A stretch of DNA of 64,000 nucleotides from Burkholderiales bacterium (GCA_027484315.1 JAIXTE010000125.1:3683-67682), one strand, 5' to 3'. Positions 1 through 10,781 are shown, numbered from the stretch's first letter. The notes: a model not told the origin generated them from the letters alone. A program made the numbers and translations.

Positions 1-2
1 TC

Positions 3-1679
3 ATGTCCTACTGCGCAAAGACTCAACATTGGGTTGTAGAGAAGTTGGAGGCTCATGTCAGCCTTCGTCTGAAGTCCTTATTTCCAAGGCTTAACAAAAC
101 CCAGGTGGGTAGTTTCACCTTCCCGACAAACCCTGATGTTTGCGCAGATCTATTCTGGTTCACCCAGCGCTATCCAATGCTGATGACCGCGGCAGACGAA
201 GCTCTGTTGCAAAGACAGAGCTCCACGTTCCATCAAGAGGTGTCAGAGCGTCACCGGATAACGATGCCAGACTACTTGCCGCCGCAATATGGAGAGTTAA
301 GACCCGGCTGCGAACTAAGGGGCTATCAACTTCAATTCGTCGAATTGTTCAGAAGAACGCGTAGCTTGTTATTGGGTGATGATACCGGTCTTGGAAAAAC
401 CTATGAAGCCATTGGCGCGATGCTTCTGCCTGGCACGCTGCCGGCTGCAGTCGTGGTACAAACCAACGCCGGGCATCAATGGGAAGAAAAAATTCAGGAG
501 TTCTCATATCTAAGGACACACCTCATTAAGGGAACGACTCCCTACAACTTACCAGAAGCGGATGTGTACATTTTCAAGTACAGCCAGTTGGCAGGTTGGG
601 TAGAAGTTTTTTCGAAAGAGTTCTTCAAGATGTGTTGCTTTGACGAAATCCAGGAGCTCAGACACGGCAAGGACACAAGCAAAGGCGCTGGGGCCAAGGT
701 TCTTGTTGATCACACGCATTTCCAGCTTTCAATGTCCGCCACACCGATTTTCAACTATGGCATTGAGATCTTCAATATTCTGGACACCTATGTTCGACCG
801 GGCTGCCTGGGAATGCGCCATGAGTTCATCCGCGAGTGGTGCGAGGATGATGGAAAAGTGGTGCGCGACCCCAAGGCGTTGGGTACATACCTCACTGAGA
901 ACCATATTGTCTTGAGGCGTCTCAAAAAGCATCCACCGGTGAATCGAACCATCATTGAGGTTCCCTACGAGCAAGCCGAGGTTGAAAAGATTGAAACATT
1001 GGCCAAAGATCTGGCATTGAGAACCCTCAGTGGAAACTTTCATGAAAGCGGTCAAGCGGCACGGGAGTTTGATATTTGGATGAGGCAGGTCACCGGTGTT
1101 GCTAAAGCCCGGGCGGTGGCGGCTTATGCACGAATCTATGCAGAGCAGGGTATCCCGATCATTCTGGCAGGCTGGCACCGTGAAGTATATGAAATATGGC
1201 TCAAAGAGCTCCACGATCTAAATCCATTGATGTACACAGGAAGTGAGTCGATTTCTCAGAAACGGAAAGCCAAAGCAGCATTTATTTCAGGGCAGAGCAA
1301 TATTTTTATTCTGTCCCTTCGGTCGGGCGCCGGCATTGATGGTTTGCAAAAGCGATGCTCCACAGTTTTAATTGGAGAGCTGGATTGGAGTCCCCAAGTT
1401 CACGAGCAAATTATCGGCCGCGTCGATCGTGATGGAAGCTTCCTGGGGAATTTGGAAGAAATGGATGAGAACCCCGTGCAAGTCGTTTTCCTAGTGACTC
1501 AGTACGGCTCTGATCCTGTGATTACTGATCTCTTGGGTTTAAAAGATTCCCAGGCTTTGGGAATTATGAATCCCAATGAGGGCCCGGTGAAGAAGAACTA
1601 TGACAGCGCTCGAATCAAAGAAATGGCAAAGCGCTACCTGGAAAGCCTGAAAGAGAAGTCGTCACGAGAAGCGGCTTAA
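3..1679 (+). CDS. SNF2-family (DExD/H) helicase/translocase; start at window edge, may be 5'-truncated
   Basis: Walker A GDDTGLGKT, motif II FDEIQE, motif III SATP, motif V GAGIDGLQ, motif VI QIIGRVDR. Confidence 0.85.
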   Translation: MSYCAKTQHWVVEKLEAHVSLRLKSLFPRLNKTQVGSFTFPTNPDVCADLFWFTQRYPMLMTAADEALLQRQSSTFHQEVSERHRITMPDYLPPQYGELRPGCELRGYQLQFVELFRRTRSLLLGDDTGLGKTYEAIGAMLLPGTLPAAVVVQTNAGHQWEEKIQEFSYLRTHLIKGTTPYNLPEADVYIFKYSQLAGWVEVFSKEFFKMCCFDEIQELRHGKDTSKGAGAKVLVDHTHFQLSMSATPIFNYGIEIFNILDTYVRPGCLGMRHEFIREWCEDDGKVVRDPKALGTYLTENHIVLRRLKKHPPVNRTIIEVPYEQAEVEKIETLAKDLALRTLSGNFHESGQAAREFDIWMRQVTGVAKARAVAAYARIYAEQGIPIILAGWHREVYEIWLKELHDLNPLMYTGSESISQKRKAKAAFISGQSNIFILSLRSGAGIDGLQKRCSTVLIGELDWSPQVHEQIIGRVDRDGSFLGNLEEMDENPVQVVFLVTQYGSDPVITDLLGLKDSQALGIMNPNEGPVKKNYDSARIKEMAKRYLESLKEKSSREAA

Positions 1680-2466
1680 TGGTGAGCATGTCTTGACTTC
1701 TGGCCGTCTGGTAAAAAGTATCAGGTTCATCCGGTACGCATTTTTTTGAAATCCTGATAAAAGAAGCGTAGTGGTCGCGAATCGAGCCTTGGTCAACCAG
1801 GTCAAGCCATTTTGGACTCACGTGCGCGCAGATTTCAAAACCCATGAGACTTTTTTCTTCGGTGGACATCTGCTCCATAAGGTCAAGGTCGACCGCTAGC
1901 AGCCCTGCAATTGACCCCAAGTCCAAATCTACTTTGTCACATACCGGTTGATAGACCACTATAGATGCTGGATCCAGTCTTTTGCCGTTGGCCCCCTCGT
2001 CAAGAAGAACCACCGCCGGTAAAGCGACGCACTGTTTGAATCCACTAATGGCGAGGGATTCGTGCATGGATTCCCTGACCGAATTAACCACGTTCCCCAG
2101 GATCGCAATTGAGGTGTAAAACGCGATAAATAAAGGGATCGCGATTAGGAGAAGTTTCTTGCCGCGCCCAACGGATCTCAGATCTGAGTGGGTATATAGG
2201 CCCAGCCATGCTAGGGCGGAGAGAACGAAGAGAAAACATGCAAAAAGCAAAATTAGGGGAGTGCCCTCAGTCGCGAAAACTTGAATCAGTTGGTCGCGCG
2301 CTCCGTGCTGAATATGGCTTTGAGATTGACTGAACTGGTAAAACGCATATCCGAACCAGAATCCGGAGAGAAGAGCGATCGACATTACCAGGCGCAACAA
2401 GGAGCGATTATTTATTGAGCCTGTAGGTCCCCACCCAAGCTCGTCTTGCATGTTAAGTTCGCTCAT
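1615..2466 (-). CDS. Hypothetical membrane protein (about 3 TM segments)
   Basis: 283-aa ORF with three hydrophobic stretches; start overlaps the stop of the upstream minus-strand gene. Confidence 0.6.
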   Translation of the reverse strand: MSELNMQDELGWGPTGSINNRSLLRLVMSIALLSGFWFGYAFYQFSQSQSHIQHGARDQLIQVFATEGTPLILLFACFLFVLSALAWLGLYTHSDLRSVGRGKKLLLIAIPLFIAFYTSIAILGNVVNSVRESMHESLAISGFKQCVALPAVVLLDEGANGKRLDPASIVVYQPVCDKVDLDLGSIAGLLAVDLDLMEQMSTEEKSLMGFEICAHVSPKWLDLVDQGSIRDHYASFIRISKKCVPDEPDTFYQTARSQDMLTIKPLLVTTSLSGFPGSALPFL

Positions 2467-3182
2467 TAAAAGGTGGGCCCTTTACTCTTTGGTTGATCCA
2501 ACTTTTTCTTTGCCTCGAACCGGTTTGCGGATTCTTGATGGAAGATCGATTGGATCTGGTTTGGGTTGAATACCGCGATGTGTGTACAGGTGAATGCAAC
2601 GTCGCCAGGGGTGTCGCTGATGTTCTTGATCACGACCCCATCATGGCCGTCGGCCTGGGCTTTGTTAACAACCCCCAGGGTGTCAACAGAGTCAAATCCG
2701 ATGCGATCGGCCATGTCGACAACAAGGGGATTCTTCATGATCAGCCGGACTGGGTAGACACAAGCGCCGGTGCCCTCCGGTTCTCTGATGGCATCCATCT
2801 CACAATTCTCGTATGCCTCGTATGCTTTTTCATAGGCATCCCAGTCTCCAGTGCGCCTGGCTATGGCTTCCAGTCTTTCAGCGTTTTTTTGGAGTTCATC
2901 ACGTTTTGACTCGAATTCCTCGACTGAGGCTACAGTTGAGCGGGTGGCGTGCATGGCATACGCCGCGGCACAGCCTGGATCGTCGGTAAAAAAGAAGGCC
3001 TTATATGAGCTGAAGGATCTGGTCGACTGCCCGAGCCTATCCCTGGAGAATTCATTGATGGGCTGGTTGGTCCCATGATAAAGAACACCGGTCACAAATC
3101 CTGCTTGTGTTTGTAGCTGAAATACTTCATCGGGGAGTGCCTTGGCAGAGGATTCCGATGCGATTGGCTCAATCAGTCTCAA
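2466..3182 (-). CDS. ADP-ribosyltransferase-like protein (ART-PolyVal-like, stand-alone)
   Basis: LYHGT...FFFTDD...AAAYA...VYPVRLIMKNPL...GHDGVVIKN...IAVFNPNQIQS pattern typical of the ART domain of polyvalent proteins. Confidence 0.65.
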   Translation of the reverse strand: MRLIEPIASESSAKALPDEVFQLQTQAGFVTGVLYHGTNQPINEFSRDRLGQSTRSFSSYKAFFFTDDPGCAAAYAMHATRSTVASVEEFESKRDELQKNAERLEAIARRTGDWDAYEKAYEAYENCEMDAIREPEGTGACVYPVRLIMKNPLVVDMADRIGFDSVDTLGVVNKAQADGHDGVVIKNISDTPGDVAFTCTHIAVFNPNQIQSIFHQESANRFEAKKKLDQPKSKGPTF

Positions 3183-3850
3183 ATCTTGGGCTCCTTTGAT
3201 TTCCTAAGCCGGCCGTTCAGCGTGAACTCCAAGTCTTTGCCCCAGTACCCCATTTCGTTTAGGGAGTTCCCGTCCGTAAATACCTGGTCAGCGCGTACTG
3301 TCGCACTTAAAATCTGGAATTGGTTCCCAAGGTTTTCGATTCCATGTTTCTCTGCATAAAACCGGCTCAGTGTGATCCAATCACCCTTTTTTATCGATGG
3401 ACTCAACGGCGGTGGGTTCGGATTGTCATCTGATTCCAGTAGGGATTTTAATCTTTGTTCCTCGTCATGTGCCCAGTTGTACCACTCGCTTCCAGTAAGT
3501 CTGAGTGGGTTTTGGGGCGCTTGATTTCTTCTAAGGTAACTGGTTCTTTCGCGCTGAAGCCTTTGAATGGTTTCCTCGATTTTCTCTGGTTTTGGGAAAG
3601 CCCTGTAGATAGTTACTTTGGCGCCCGGCTTGTCTTTGACTGAGTGAAGCACGTTCAGGCTTTCTCTTGATGCACGGTCATTGCCATCACCGTACATTCT
3701 TAAGGCGTCGCTGCCGTACACGTCATCCGGATAAATCTGTGCTTCGCCTGATAGATCGAAAATAGGGCAACCGCTCTCAGGGCATGGTGCCTCATGTTGT
3801 CCACGATATTCCGTGCTTACATTCTGATCCGAAAGACGCTTCAAACCCAC
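3179..3850 (-). CDS. Hypothetical protein, possible divergent ART-fold domain
   Basis: VTIYRA...KGDWITLSRFYAEKHG...TDGNSLNEMGY resembles an R-S-E type ART-like core; co-oriented with and overlapping the ART gene 2466-3182. Confidence 0.45.
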   Translation of the reverse strand: MGLKRLSDQNVSTEYRGQHEAPCPESGCPIFDLSGEAQIYPDDVYGSDALRMYGDGNDRASRESLNVLHSVKDKPGAKVTIYRAFPKPEKIEETIQRLQRERTSYLRRNQAPQNPLRLTGSEWYNWAHDEEQRLKSLLESDDNPNPPPLSPSIKKGDWITLSRFYAEKHGIENLGNQFQILSATVRADQVFTDGNSLNEMGYWGKDLEFTLNGRLRKSKEPKI

Positions 3851-3861
3851 TCCCTTGGTGT

Positions 3862-4224
3862 TTAATCGGAATCCGAAGGTGTTTCATCCTCCGAGGTTTT
3901 TAGACCTGTAGCCAGCGTAAATGCTTTTTTTAATCGGTCGCCATCCAGATCCTCGATTGCCCCCACTTTTTGATACTCCGGGAGAAATCCCCCTAATTCC
4001 TCGATTTTTTTTCTCATGACCACGCCATACTCCAAGTTGTAGGTCCCCTTTTTGGATACGGAGATCCTTACACAGTTAACGTTGTCTTTGGCGACTTCGC
4101 TGGGCAGCCTCATTTGAACACCATTGTCAGTTGACAAGAAGTTCCTGGCCCCCGTAGTTTTTACAAACCCGTCTCCACCTAATTGTTCCACAATGATATG
4201 GCTATGATGTCTTTCCACTTTCAT
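3862..4224 (-). CDS. Hypothetical protein
   Basis: 120-aa ORF heading the minus-strand run. Confidence 0.55.
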   Translation of the reverse strand: MKVERHHSHIIVEQLGGDGFVKTTGARNFLSTDNGVQMRLPSEVAKDNVNCVRISVSKKGTYNLEYGVVMRKKIEELGGFLPEYQKVGAIEDLDGDRLKKAFTLATGLKTSEDETPSDSD

Positions 4225-4334
4225 GTCGTGCTGCCTTTGAAAAAAAGGTGTTCATAATGATTTTAGGGCGTATGCAAAGGCGACTAAAGGAAACCCGGGT
4301 CACGATCAGCGGAACGCTCCTGCCTGTATGCAAT

Positions 4335-4817
4335 CTATGGCCTCGTTTTGAATACGAAAATATCGTCCCTTGGATCCAGGATGTCCTGGACTTCACCGGT
4401 CAGTCTGAGGATCAAAGGTTCCCCCGTGATCCGTTCCGGCCGCGCCAGTGTTTTCCTCGTATAGTCCTCAGCGGGGCCCATGATTTTTGTTGTTGTTGTG
4501 GCCACTATTTCGCAGTCCCTTCGAAAGGCAATCTTTCCCTCTGCTACCGCACGGTCACGCTGTGCATAGAGCGCCTTGCCTACTGCATTTTTCACTGCGA
4601 CCTGCTTGGCATCCAAACCCGCTGGAAAGGCTTCCTTCTCAAATCGGTCGACTACCGCCATCAACGGTCTGGTTGCTGGACAGACTGAAAAAAGTGCCTT
4701 TGACTGCAGGTAATTCCGTATGCCCGGGTCAATGTTGAAATTTTCTGCTTGCGCAGGGAAGTGCAATGTAAGAAAAAATGCTGCGATATAAAAGAAGTTT
4801 TTCATTGATTTATCCAA
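4335..4817 (-). CDS. Hypothetical exported protein
   Basis: Signal-peptide-like N-terminus (MKNFFYIAAFFLTLHFPAQA-E). Confidence 0.6.
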   Translation of the reverse strand: MDKSMKNFFYIAAFFLTLHFPAQAENFNIDPGIRNYLQSKALFSVCPATRPLMAVVDRFEKEAFPAGLDAKQVAVKNAVGKALYAQRDRAVAEGKIAFRRDCEIVATTTTKIMGPAEDYTRKTLARPERITGEPLILRLTGEVQDILDPRDDIFVFKTRP

Positions 4818-4962
4818 TAAAAATGCGTTTTTATTCCCATTTATTGCGAAAAATCGTTAAAATAAACAGTTTTTCGGGTATTTCATATTTTATCGGGCGC
4901 TTCGTTAGCGGCTACAAAATACTTTATCAATTGAGAAAAAGTTCACCGCGGGTGACGTCTGA

Positions 4963-5406
4963 ATGGTCGACCTAGAAGACACTGAGAAATTGCTCGTTAG
5001 TTCGATTGAGTCGATTTACGGCGTTGACCTGACTAAAAACGATAGGCTCGTTCTGTTATACGACCAGGCGTGTCCTTTGTGCTCACAGTTGGCACTGCGT
5101 TATGGCATCGAGAAGCACTTTGGTCCTGTTGTGCTTTTGGATGCACGCAAGCAACCTTGTGTCGCCGAAGTGTGTAAGAGGGCTGGTTTTGACTTAAATG
5201 AAGGCGTACTTGTGAGCCACGCCGGCAACCTGTTTTTTGGGCACCAAGCGCTTTCATACTTGAACCAGGTTGGATCCCTTCAGGGTTGGGTTGGATCGAT
5301 CATGGCGATATTTCTACGACGACCCGTATTCTCACGGATCGCCTACCCCTTGCTGAAGACGATGAGATCAGTCCTTCTCAAAATAACGGGCATTCCAAAA
5401 CTTTAG
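4963..5406 (+). CDS. DCC1-like thiol-disulfide oxidoreductase (DUF393 family)
   Basis: LLYDQACPLC (DxxCxxC) motif and C-terminal YPLLKTMRSVLL. Confidence 0.75.
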   Translation: MVDLEDTEKLLVSSIESIYGVDLTKNDRLVLLYDQACPLCSQLALRYGIEKHFGPVVLLDARKQPCVAEVCKRAGFDLNEGVLVSHAGNLFFGHQALSYLNQVGSLQGWVGSIMAIFLRRPVFSRIAYPLLKTMRSVLLKITGIPKL

Positions 5407-5574
5407 TCGGTTATGGGTTGGACAGGTGCGGCAGTCCTTAGCAACGATTTTGGTGTGCCGGCTTTCTAGCCTTCGGGAATGCTCGTTAATTTCTGATTTT
5501 CAAAATCTTGGATGCTGTATTTCCCAACTTATATGCTCTATCGTTGTCTGGTGCCCCCCCCTCATTTCTCGACT

Positions 5575-7443
5575 ATGAAACTCTCTTTAATACCAAAGAA
5601 AACCAACTCTACGGTGGATTACGCTTTAGAAAGCGTCTCGGAGATGATCCCAACATCTTCGGAGGTGGAGGGCTCACTGAGAAAGGTTGGCGTGTTGAGT
5701 TCGTTGGTTGTCTTGGCCGCGCTCTCAGGTTATCAATTCATGGAGCACAGCACACTAAAGGAAGCTCTCTCTATGGAGCAGGAGCTTACCCTTTACTCAA
5801 ATGGGAGTAGCATATTTAACCTTGAGTCGACATCGCTTTTCGACCAGTCGCTCGATAAGCTTCCGCCGGAACTTCGAAACGACAACGCCACGTTTATCAA
5901 GCAAGCCTTGGCACACCGGCATGAGTTGTCCTGTAATCGCGATGCGCATTACACGAAAGACCTTGCTGAAATGGGCGAGACTTACCTGGGCTGCTCGATT
6001 GAGCCCAGAGCCGGTATTGAGGCCGTCCGTATTAACACCTACGGGATCGGAGAGAAGCTGAATGCTTCCTATGAGGTTATGAGATTTGGCGGGCACTATG
6101 AGGCACGGACTCATTTGACTTTCCCAGCAGATTTCAAAGAAAGGGTCGCTAACCTGGCAGGCGAAGCAAATGCGCTCGACTTGGCACGTATGGCCATTGA
6201 GATTCAGCATAGGACGAGGGGTGATGTAAGTGAAATCTCTAACCTCAATGGCGAATCAATGATTGCAGCAACTTTGAAGCGAGGCAATTATTTGAACCGG
6301 TGGGTTCTCAACGGAGGAACTCCGGATTCGCTATGGCAGAGTCTCTACGAATTGGGAAGCTTTCCTGAATTATCCGACGTTAATCTTGAAAGGATTAACG
6401 CCTCCGCGATGGTTCCTCACGTGAGTGAATTGCAGGAGAAATCAGATAAAAGGACGGAACTGGCGCGGAGTTTGTTGGGAGGTCTTGAGTCGAATTTGGC
6501 CATCCAATCCATTCAAGCCAATCTTGATCACAATTGTCAATTCTCCGTTTCAACCAGCATGATGTCCGTTACCGGTGACTTAAATTCATCGTGCTTACAA
6601 AACATGGGTGCCCAGAGATCGATTCAGCTTGCAGCAAGTCTCAAGTCCAGCGTTGTCGCCGAAGATGATGGTGTTCACGGCGCCATTATGGATAGGATTG
6701 TTCTGGGTTCTTATAAGGGGCATCCCGTAATCAGCTCGCTGGAAAGACACGACAACGGTGTAGGCGCCTACGTGATTACTCCACTTAAAACAGGGGAGTG
6801 GTCCGACGGTTTCCTAACTATGGTGTACGGCGAGGATGTTGATGCATTGAAAGCTGAATCAAAAGATGACCCGAGTGCCGGCTCCTTTGGCGTCCTCTCA
6901 GCACAGGCCGCTCATTTTTCAGGCGGGTATGCCCCACATCACACCCCGATTATTGTCAATCCTTCTCTCGAAACGATGTACAAATTGGCTGAACTTGAGA
7001 GCCAATCAAGAGATCTGATAATGGAGATGACTCTTGAACATGAGATTAAGCACATCAAGGATTTTGCATTATTCAAATCCAATGGTAAGGGTGCTTTAAG
7101 TCAAGATTACGGCTACCAGCAATCAGCGTGTGACGTGTATGCCATCCAGACGATGGCCGATAAATACAAAGATCCTGAGGTTCTGAAAAAACTAAAGAAT
7201 GCGATTGAGGTAAGAGGCACCGGTTTTCACGAAGCAAATCAGGCGGATGCAATTAAAGTCATGAAAGGCGCCGGCATTATCCAGGGTGCCGTTCAAGCAT
7301 ACTCGGCAATTGAGACAGCCCAAAAGCAGGAACATCGACACGACGTGGTGATCAAATTCATCGACAAGAAAATAGATGAATTAGAAACCCGGGTCCCCGT
7401 GATCAATAAAGCGGCCGCCAAGACATCTACACCGTCTATGTAA
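5575..7443 (+). CDS. Membrane-anchored hypothetical protein with a zincin-like HExxH motif
   Basis: N-terminal TM helix; LEHEIKHIKD followed by QQSACD; start placed at MKLSLIPK. Confidence 0.5.
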   Translation: MKLSLIPKKTNSTVDYALESVSEMIPTSSEVEGSLRKVGVLSSLVVLAALSGYQFMEHSTLKEALSMEQELTLYSNGSSIFNLESTSLFDQSLDKLPPELRNDNATFIKQALAHRHELSCNRDAHYTKDLAEMGETYLGCSIEPRAGIEAVRINTYGIGEKLNASYEVMRFGGHYEARTHLTFPADFKERVANLAGEANALDLARMAIEIQHRTRGDVSEISNLNGESMIAATLKRGNYLNRWVLNGGTPDSLWQSLYELGSFPELSDVNLERINASAMVPHVSELQEKSDKRTELARSLLGGLESNLAIQSIQANLDHNCQFSVSTSMMSVTGDLNSSCLQNMGAQRSIQLAASLKSSVVAEDDGVHGAIMDRIVLGSYKGHPVISSLERHDNGVGAYVITPLKTGEWSDGFLTMVYGEDVDALKAESKDDPSAGSFGVLSAQAAHFSGGYAPHHTPIIVNPSLETMYKLAELESQSRDLIMEMTLEHEIKHIKDFALFKSNGKGALSQDYGYQQSACDVYAIQTMADKYKDPEVLKKLKNAIEVRGTGFHEANQADAIKVMKGAGIIQGAVQAYSAIETAQKQEHRHDVVIKFIDKKIDELETRVPVINKAAAKTSTPSM

Positions 7444-7505
7444 CCTTCAGCGCGGGGAGGGCTTGCTTACCTGTCTGCCACTCCGGCCGCCGGCCGCGTG
7501 GTTTC

Positions 7506-8972
7506 TCAGGGTGGAGGGATCTTGGCCATGTCTTTGAGGCTTGGGTGGTCGGTCGCCTCGGCTATCATCTCAAGTAATGCTCTTGATCGATTCCCACACA
7601 CCTCCCTCAGCCTAGTGATAAAGACATTTTCATCTGCTGTAGTTGGAGGTAGAGCAACCACCGCCTGCCTAAGCTTGTCAGGAAGATCTTGGAGCACGCT
7701 GATGGCGTTTTCAAGCAATTCGTCATCCTCTACTCTGAGGTCCAAGGCTAGTCTGCAGAGATCATCCCAGGTAAATTCGGTTTCTCCAAAATTGTCGCCG
7801 TAGCCCATCGCGAAGGTGTTTTTAAACTTACCGCTAAGAGCTTCAATACTTACCAGGTCGTAGAAAGGGGCAAGGTCTAATCCATCCCTTGACAATGAGA
7901 ATGAAATGTTTTTACCGTGTGCATCGAAGTTTCCGACTGCAAGATTGAAGATAGCCCACCTCAATATGGTGCACCTTGCCTTCTCAGAATCACGGGCCAC
8001 CCAAGCAAGCTGGCCAAGATCTTCAAAAGATACCCCAAGTCTGTGATTGCGGACATCTACGCCATCTCCAAGGTATCTTTCGTATTTCATTGTTGACTGG
8101 AGGCCGAGAGCTTGGCATCCATCAATAATATGAGTTCTTTGGACCGAGGGTATTTCAATTTCCCCAATTGAGTAATTGGAGTCGAGAGCTTGGAGTTCTT
8201 CTTCTGGTTTGACCCCAGATATGGGGGTTCTTGATTCCGCTTTTATTTTCGTCGATTCATCAACTTTGCGGTCAAATCTTTCAACCAAAAGTAGACGCTT
8301 TCCAGCAACACTGAGGACCTCAGTATTGCAGACTGGAATGCCCAGAAGTCCTGCAGTGTCGAGCATTAATTTCTCGTTTAATACAAGATTTTCCTGGTTC
8401 TTCTTTTCAAATTTTAGGATGTGCGTGGAGCTCGCGGATCCCTGCGGGAGGCCAATGAGCCCCCCGTTTTTCGTATGAATGATGTTTATTTTGCTCTGGA
8501 GCCCCGCTACTGATAAGCGCACGCTTCCATCCCATACTGCTACAGGTATGTCGTCAGATTTTGAGACTCGCCTCTCAAACTCTTGAGGCTCAATGACTCT
8601 TACGGAGGGAGAGATGAGGCTGGGTTTCTCTCCTGGAGCGAGAAACATCAAGCATCCTGATGTCTCTTTACCAAGGGCCCGCAGAATTGAATATTGGTTA
8701 CCCTTGGACACGCCGAGTATCTCAACAAGAGAGTCGAAAACATTCCCTTCGGGGAAGAGATTTTCCAAATAGCCTACGGCATCCTCCGATTTAATCTTGC
8801 CGCTAAAATCCAACACCGGGGAAAGTTCAAAACCATTCGCCAACCATTCAGCAGTGTATTCCCAGGATTTAACTTTTCCCGATACAAACTCGACGGAAGC
8901 AACGTGATCTTGGTTCATCCATACTTCGATTTTGCTCCCCCCGGTTAAGGTAGATGGCTCGTCTTTATTCAA
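7506..8972 (-). CDS. hipA: HipA-family Ser/Thr kinase toxin
   Basis: ENLFPEG, LSVAGLQSK, HILK, LLVERFDR, GNFDAHGKNISF, LAPFYD motifs. Confidence 0.9.
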   Translation of the reverse strand: MNKDEPSTLTGGSKIEVWMNQDHVASVEFVSGKVKSWEYTAEWLANGFELSPVLDFSGKIKSEDAVGYLENLFPEGNVFDSLVEILGVSKGNQYSILRALGKETSGCLMFLAPGEKPSLISPSVRVIEPQEFERRVSKSDDIPVAVWDGSVRLSVAGLQSKINIIHTKNGGLIGLPQGSASSTHILKFEKKNQENLVLNEKLMLDTAGLLGIPVCNTEVLSVAGKRLLLVERFDRKVDESTKIKAESRTPISGVKPEEELQALDSNYSIGEIEIPSVQRTHIIDGCQALGLQSTMKYERYLGDGVDVRNHRLGVSFEDLGQLAWVARDSEKARCTILRWAIFNLAVGNFDAHGKNISFSLSRDGLDLAPFYDLVSIEALSGKFKNTFAMGYGDNFGETEFTWDDLCRLALDLRVEDDELLENAISVLQDLPDKLRQAVVALPPTTADENVFITRLREVCGNRSRALLEMIAEATDHPSLKDMAKIPPP

Positions 8973-9349
8973 GAGGTCATCCCCATGGATCTAAGTTTGA
9001 CAGAATTTGTTTCAGGGAAGCTTCTTCGCGCCTTTCCCTCAACAATTCTGGTGACCATGCCGCCGCTTGGAAGATCTAGTTCCACAAAGGCTTTCTGTAA
9101 ATCAACGCCCATAACACCTAGAGCTTTTAGCAGGTTTTCAGCTCCACTTCCGGGGTTTCCCTTTTCAAGCGAGGTGTATGTCCCAACTGCCATTGAACAC
9201 ATCTCGGCTGCTTCCCGAACAGTGAGGCTTCTCATTTGACGATGATTTCGTAGGTTTGCCGCAGCGACCACCAGCGGAGGTTCATTGCGCAAGGACTTTT
9301 CAAGATTTAAGGCGTCTATCCGACTCTTAAGAATACTTAAGTTTTTCAT
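8969..9349 (-). CDS. hipB: XRE/HipB-like HTH antitoxin
   Basis: HTH LRNHRQMRSLTVREAAEMCSMAVGTYTSLEKG; 4-nt overlap upstream of hipA. Confidence 0.75.
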   Translation of the reverse strand: MKNLSILKSRIDALNLEKSLRNEPPLVVAAANLRNHRQMRSLTVREAAEMCSMAVGTYTSLEKGNPGSGAENLLKALGVMGVDLQKAFVELDLPSGGMVTRIVEGKARRSFPETNSVKLRSMGMTS

Positions 9350-9357
9350 GCTGGATT

Positions 9358-9389
9358 AATATACTGAGATGTTGATATATCAGTATATT
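9358..9389. promoter_or_regulatory. Putative HipB operator (perfect 10-bp inverted repeat, 12-bp spacer)
   Basis: AATATACTGA-N12-TCAGTATATT ending 8 bp upstream of the antitoxin ATG. Confidence 0.65.
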
Positions 9390-9498
9390 GACACAAGCAT
9401 ATCTTGAAGGCAACAGCGTGGACTTGTTTAAATGTTTTTGATACCGCTTATGCGTGGGTTTCAAGAATCCAATTGTGGACCCAAGAAGAACACACGGC

Positions 9499-10655
9499 TT
9501 AAAAATCGACCACCGCCCTGAACCGTTGGTCGACCTCACTGTGCACATAGATGCTGGTCGTTTCAATTGACGAGTGGCGCATTTGATCTCGTACGACTTC
9601 GATCGGGTTATCTTTGGCCAACCTGGTACCAAAGGTGTGCCTTAACCAGTGTGTGGTTGCTCCCTCTATAATTTTGGCGTGCTCCGGGTAAGTTTGAGAG
9701 AGGCCGCCGGCGGCGCGCTTCAATGTACTGTTGACCACCGAATAGATCGCGTCTTTGCTCATAGGTTTACCTGTTCGTGTATGTGTCCAAACAAGGGGAA
9801 GTCACCCGGCGCGGGTACGGTCGCATTGAAACCAAGGGATCGCTTGTAGGAGTCAAACCTTTCTATCAGCTTGGGGCCAAGTGCTACCCAGCCCTGTTTG
9901 TTTCCTTTCCCGACCACAGACCAAACGTGTTGCCCCGGCCTCAACTCAAAGATATCTCCCATTTTTGCGAGTGCCGTCTCTTCGCGTCTTGCACCGGTGC
10001 CCAACAAGAACCGAATCAAAAAGGAAGACCGTGATGCGTGCCGGCGCTCCACAGGACCCCCAAATCTAAAATCGTCGATTTCCTGAAGCAGCAGTTTTAC
10101 AGTCTCCTCTGGAAGGCTCTGGGCCAGCGTGAGTAATTTTCTATCTTGGGTGGCCACAGAGGGGGTAGGGCGCTTCGTTCGGGCGGACAGCATTTTCCAG
10201 GCATTGCCATTGAGGTACCCGGCATCACACATGAAGGCGAAGAATGTCTGCAGTACCGTGCATGCAAAGGAAATGCCCTTATCGGACAGGTTTTCCTTGA
10301 AGGGCCTCCATTTGGGGTTTAGTTCGCCCTGCTTATTAAATTTGCTGACCGACGGCCCAACGAGGTCCGGGTGGCTTTGCTCAACTGTCCTGCAAAATGA
10401 AATATAGGACTCCAGGTCATCTTTCAGGATTGAGCGATAAGGGCGATTGGTAAGCCTGCTCCACAAAAGAAACCTTTCTACCTCTTTTCTGAACACCCGC
10501 TCTGTTTGGGCCGATTCCGAGTATTTGCTGAGGAATTCCAGCGTGATTTCCTGGTCGTCCCGGGCGCGCACCAGCATTCCTGGCTGAAACCCCCTGTTTT
10601 CTTCAAAAACGACATCCCGATTCGGGATTTTTTCAAGAATCCGGTCTTTATTCAT
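9499..10655 (-). pseudogene. Tyrosine recombinase (TnpS-like resolvase) split by a 1-nt frameshift near 9780
   Basis: ORF 9759-10655 carries the N-terminal domain, TGARREE (catalytic R) and GKGNK. ORF 9499-9762 carries HWLRHT and RHSSIETTSIY (catalytic Y). The second frame reads RTGKP-MSKD straight through the junction. Confidence 0.75.
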
Positions 10656-10781
10656 AAAACTCCCAATTTCCCATTTGCCACCGATTTCAGGCCGCCAACC
10701 CAGAAAGGGCGGGGCAGAGCGCCCAGCGTGATTGCATACATTGAGCGACGATTTTTCAGCGCTCCGGCATACCTATAATAC

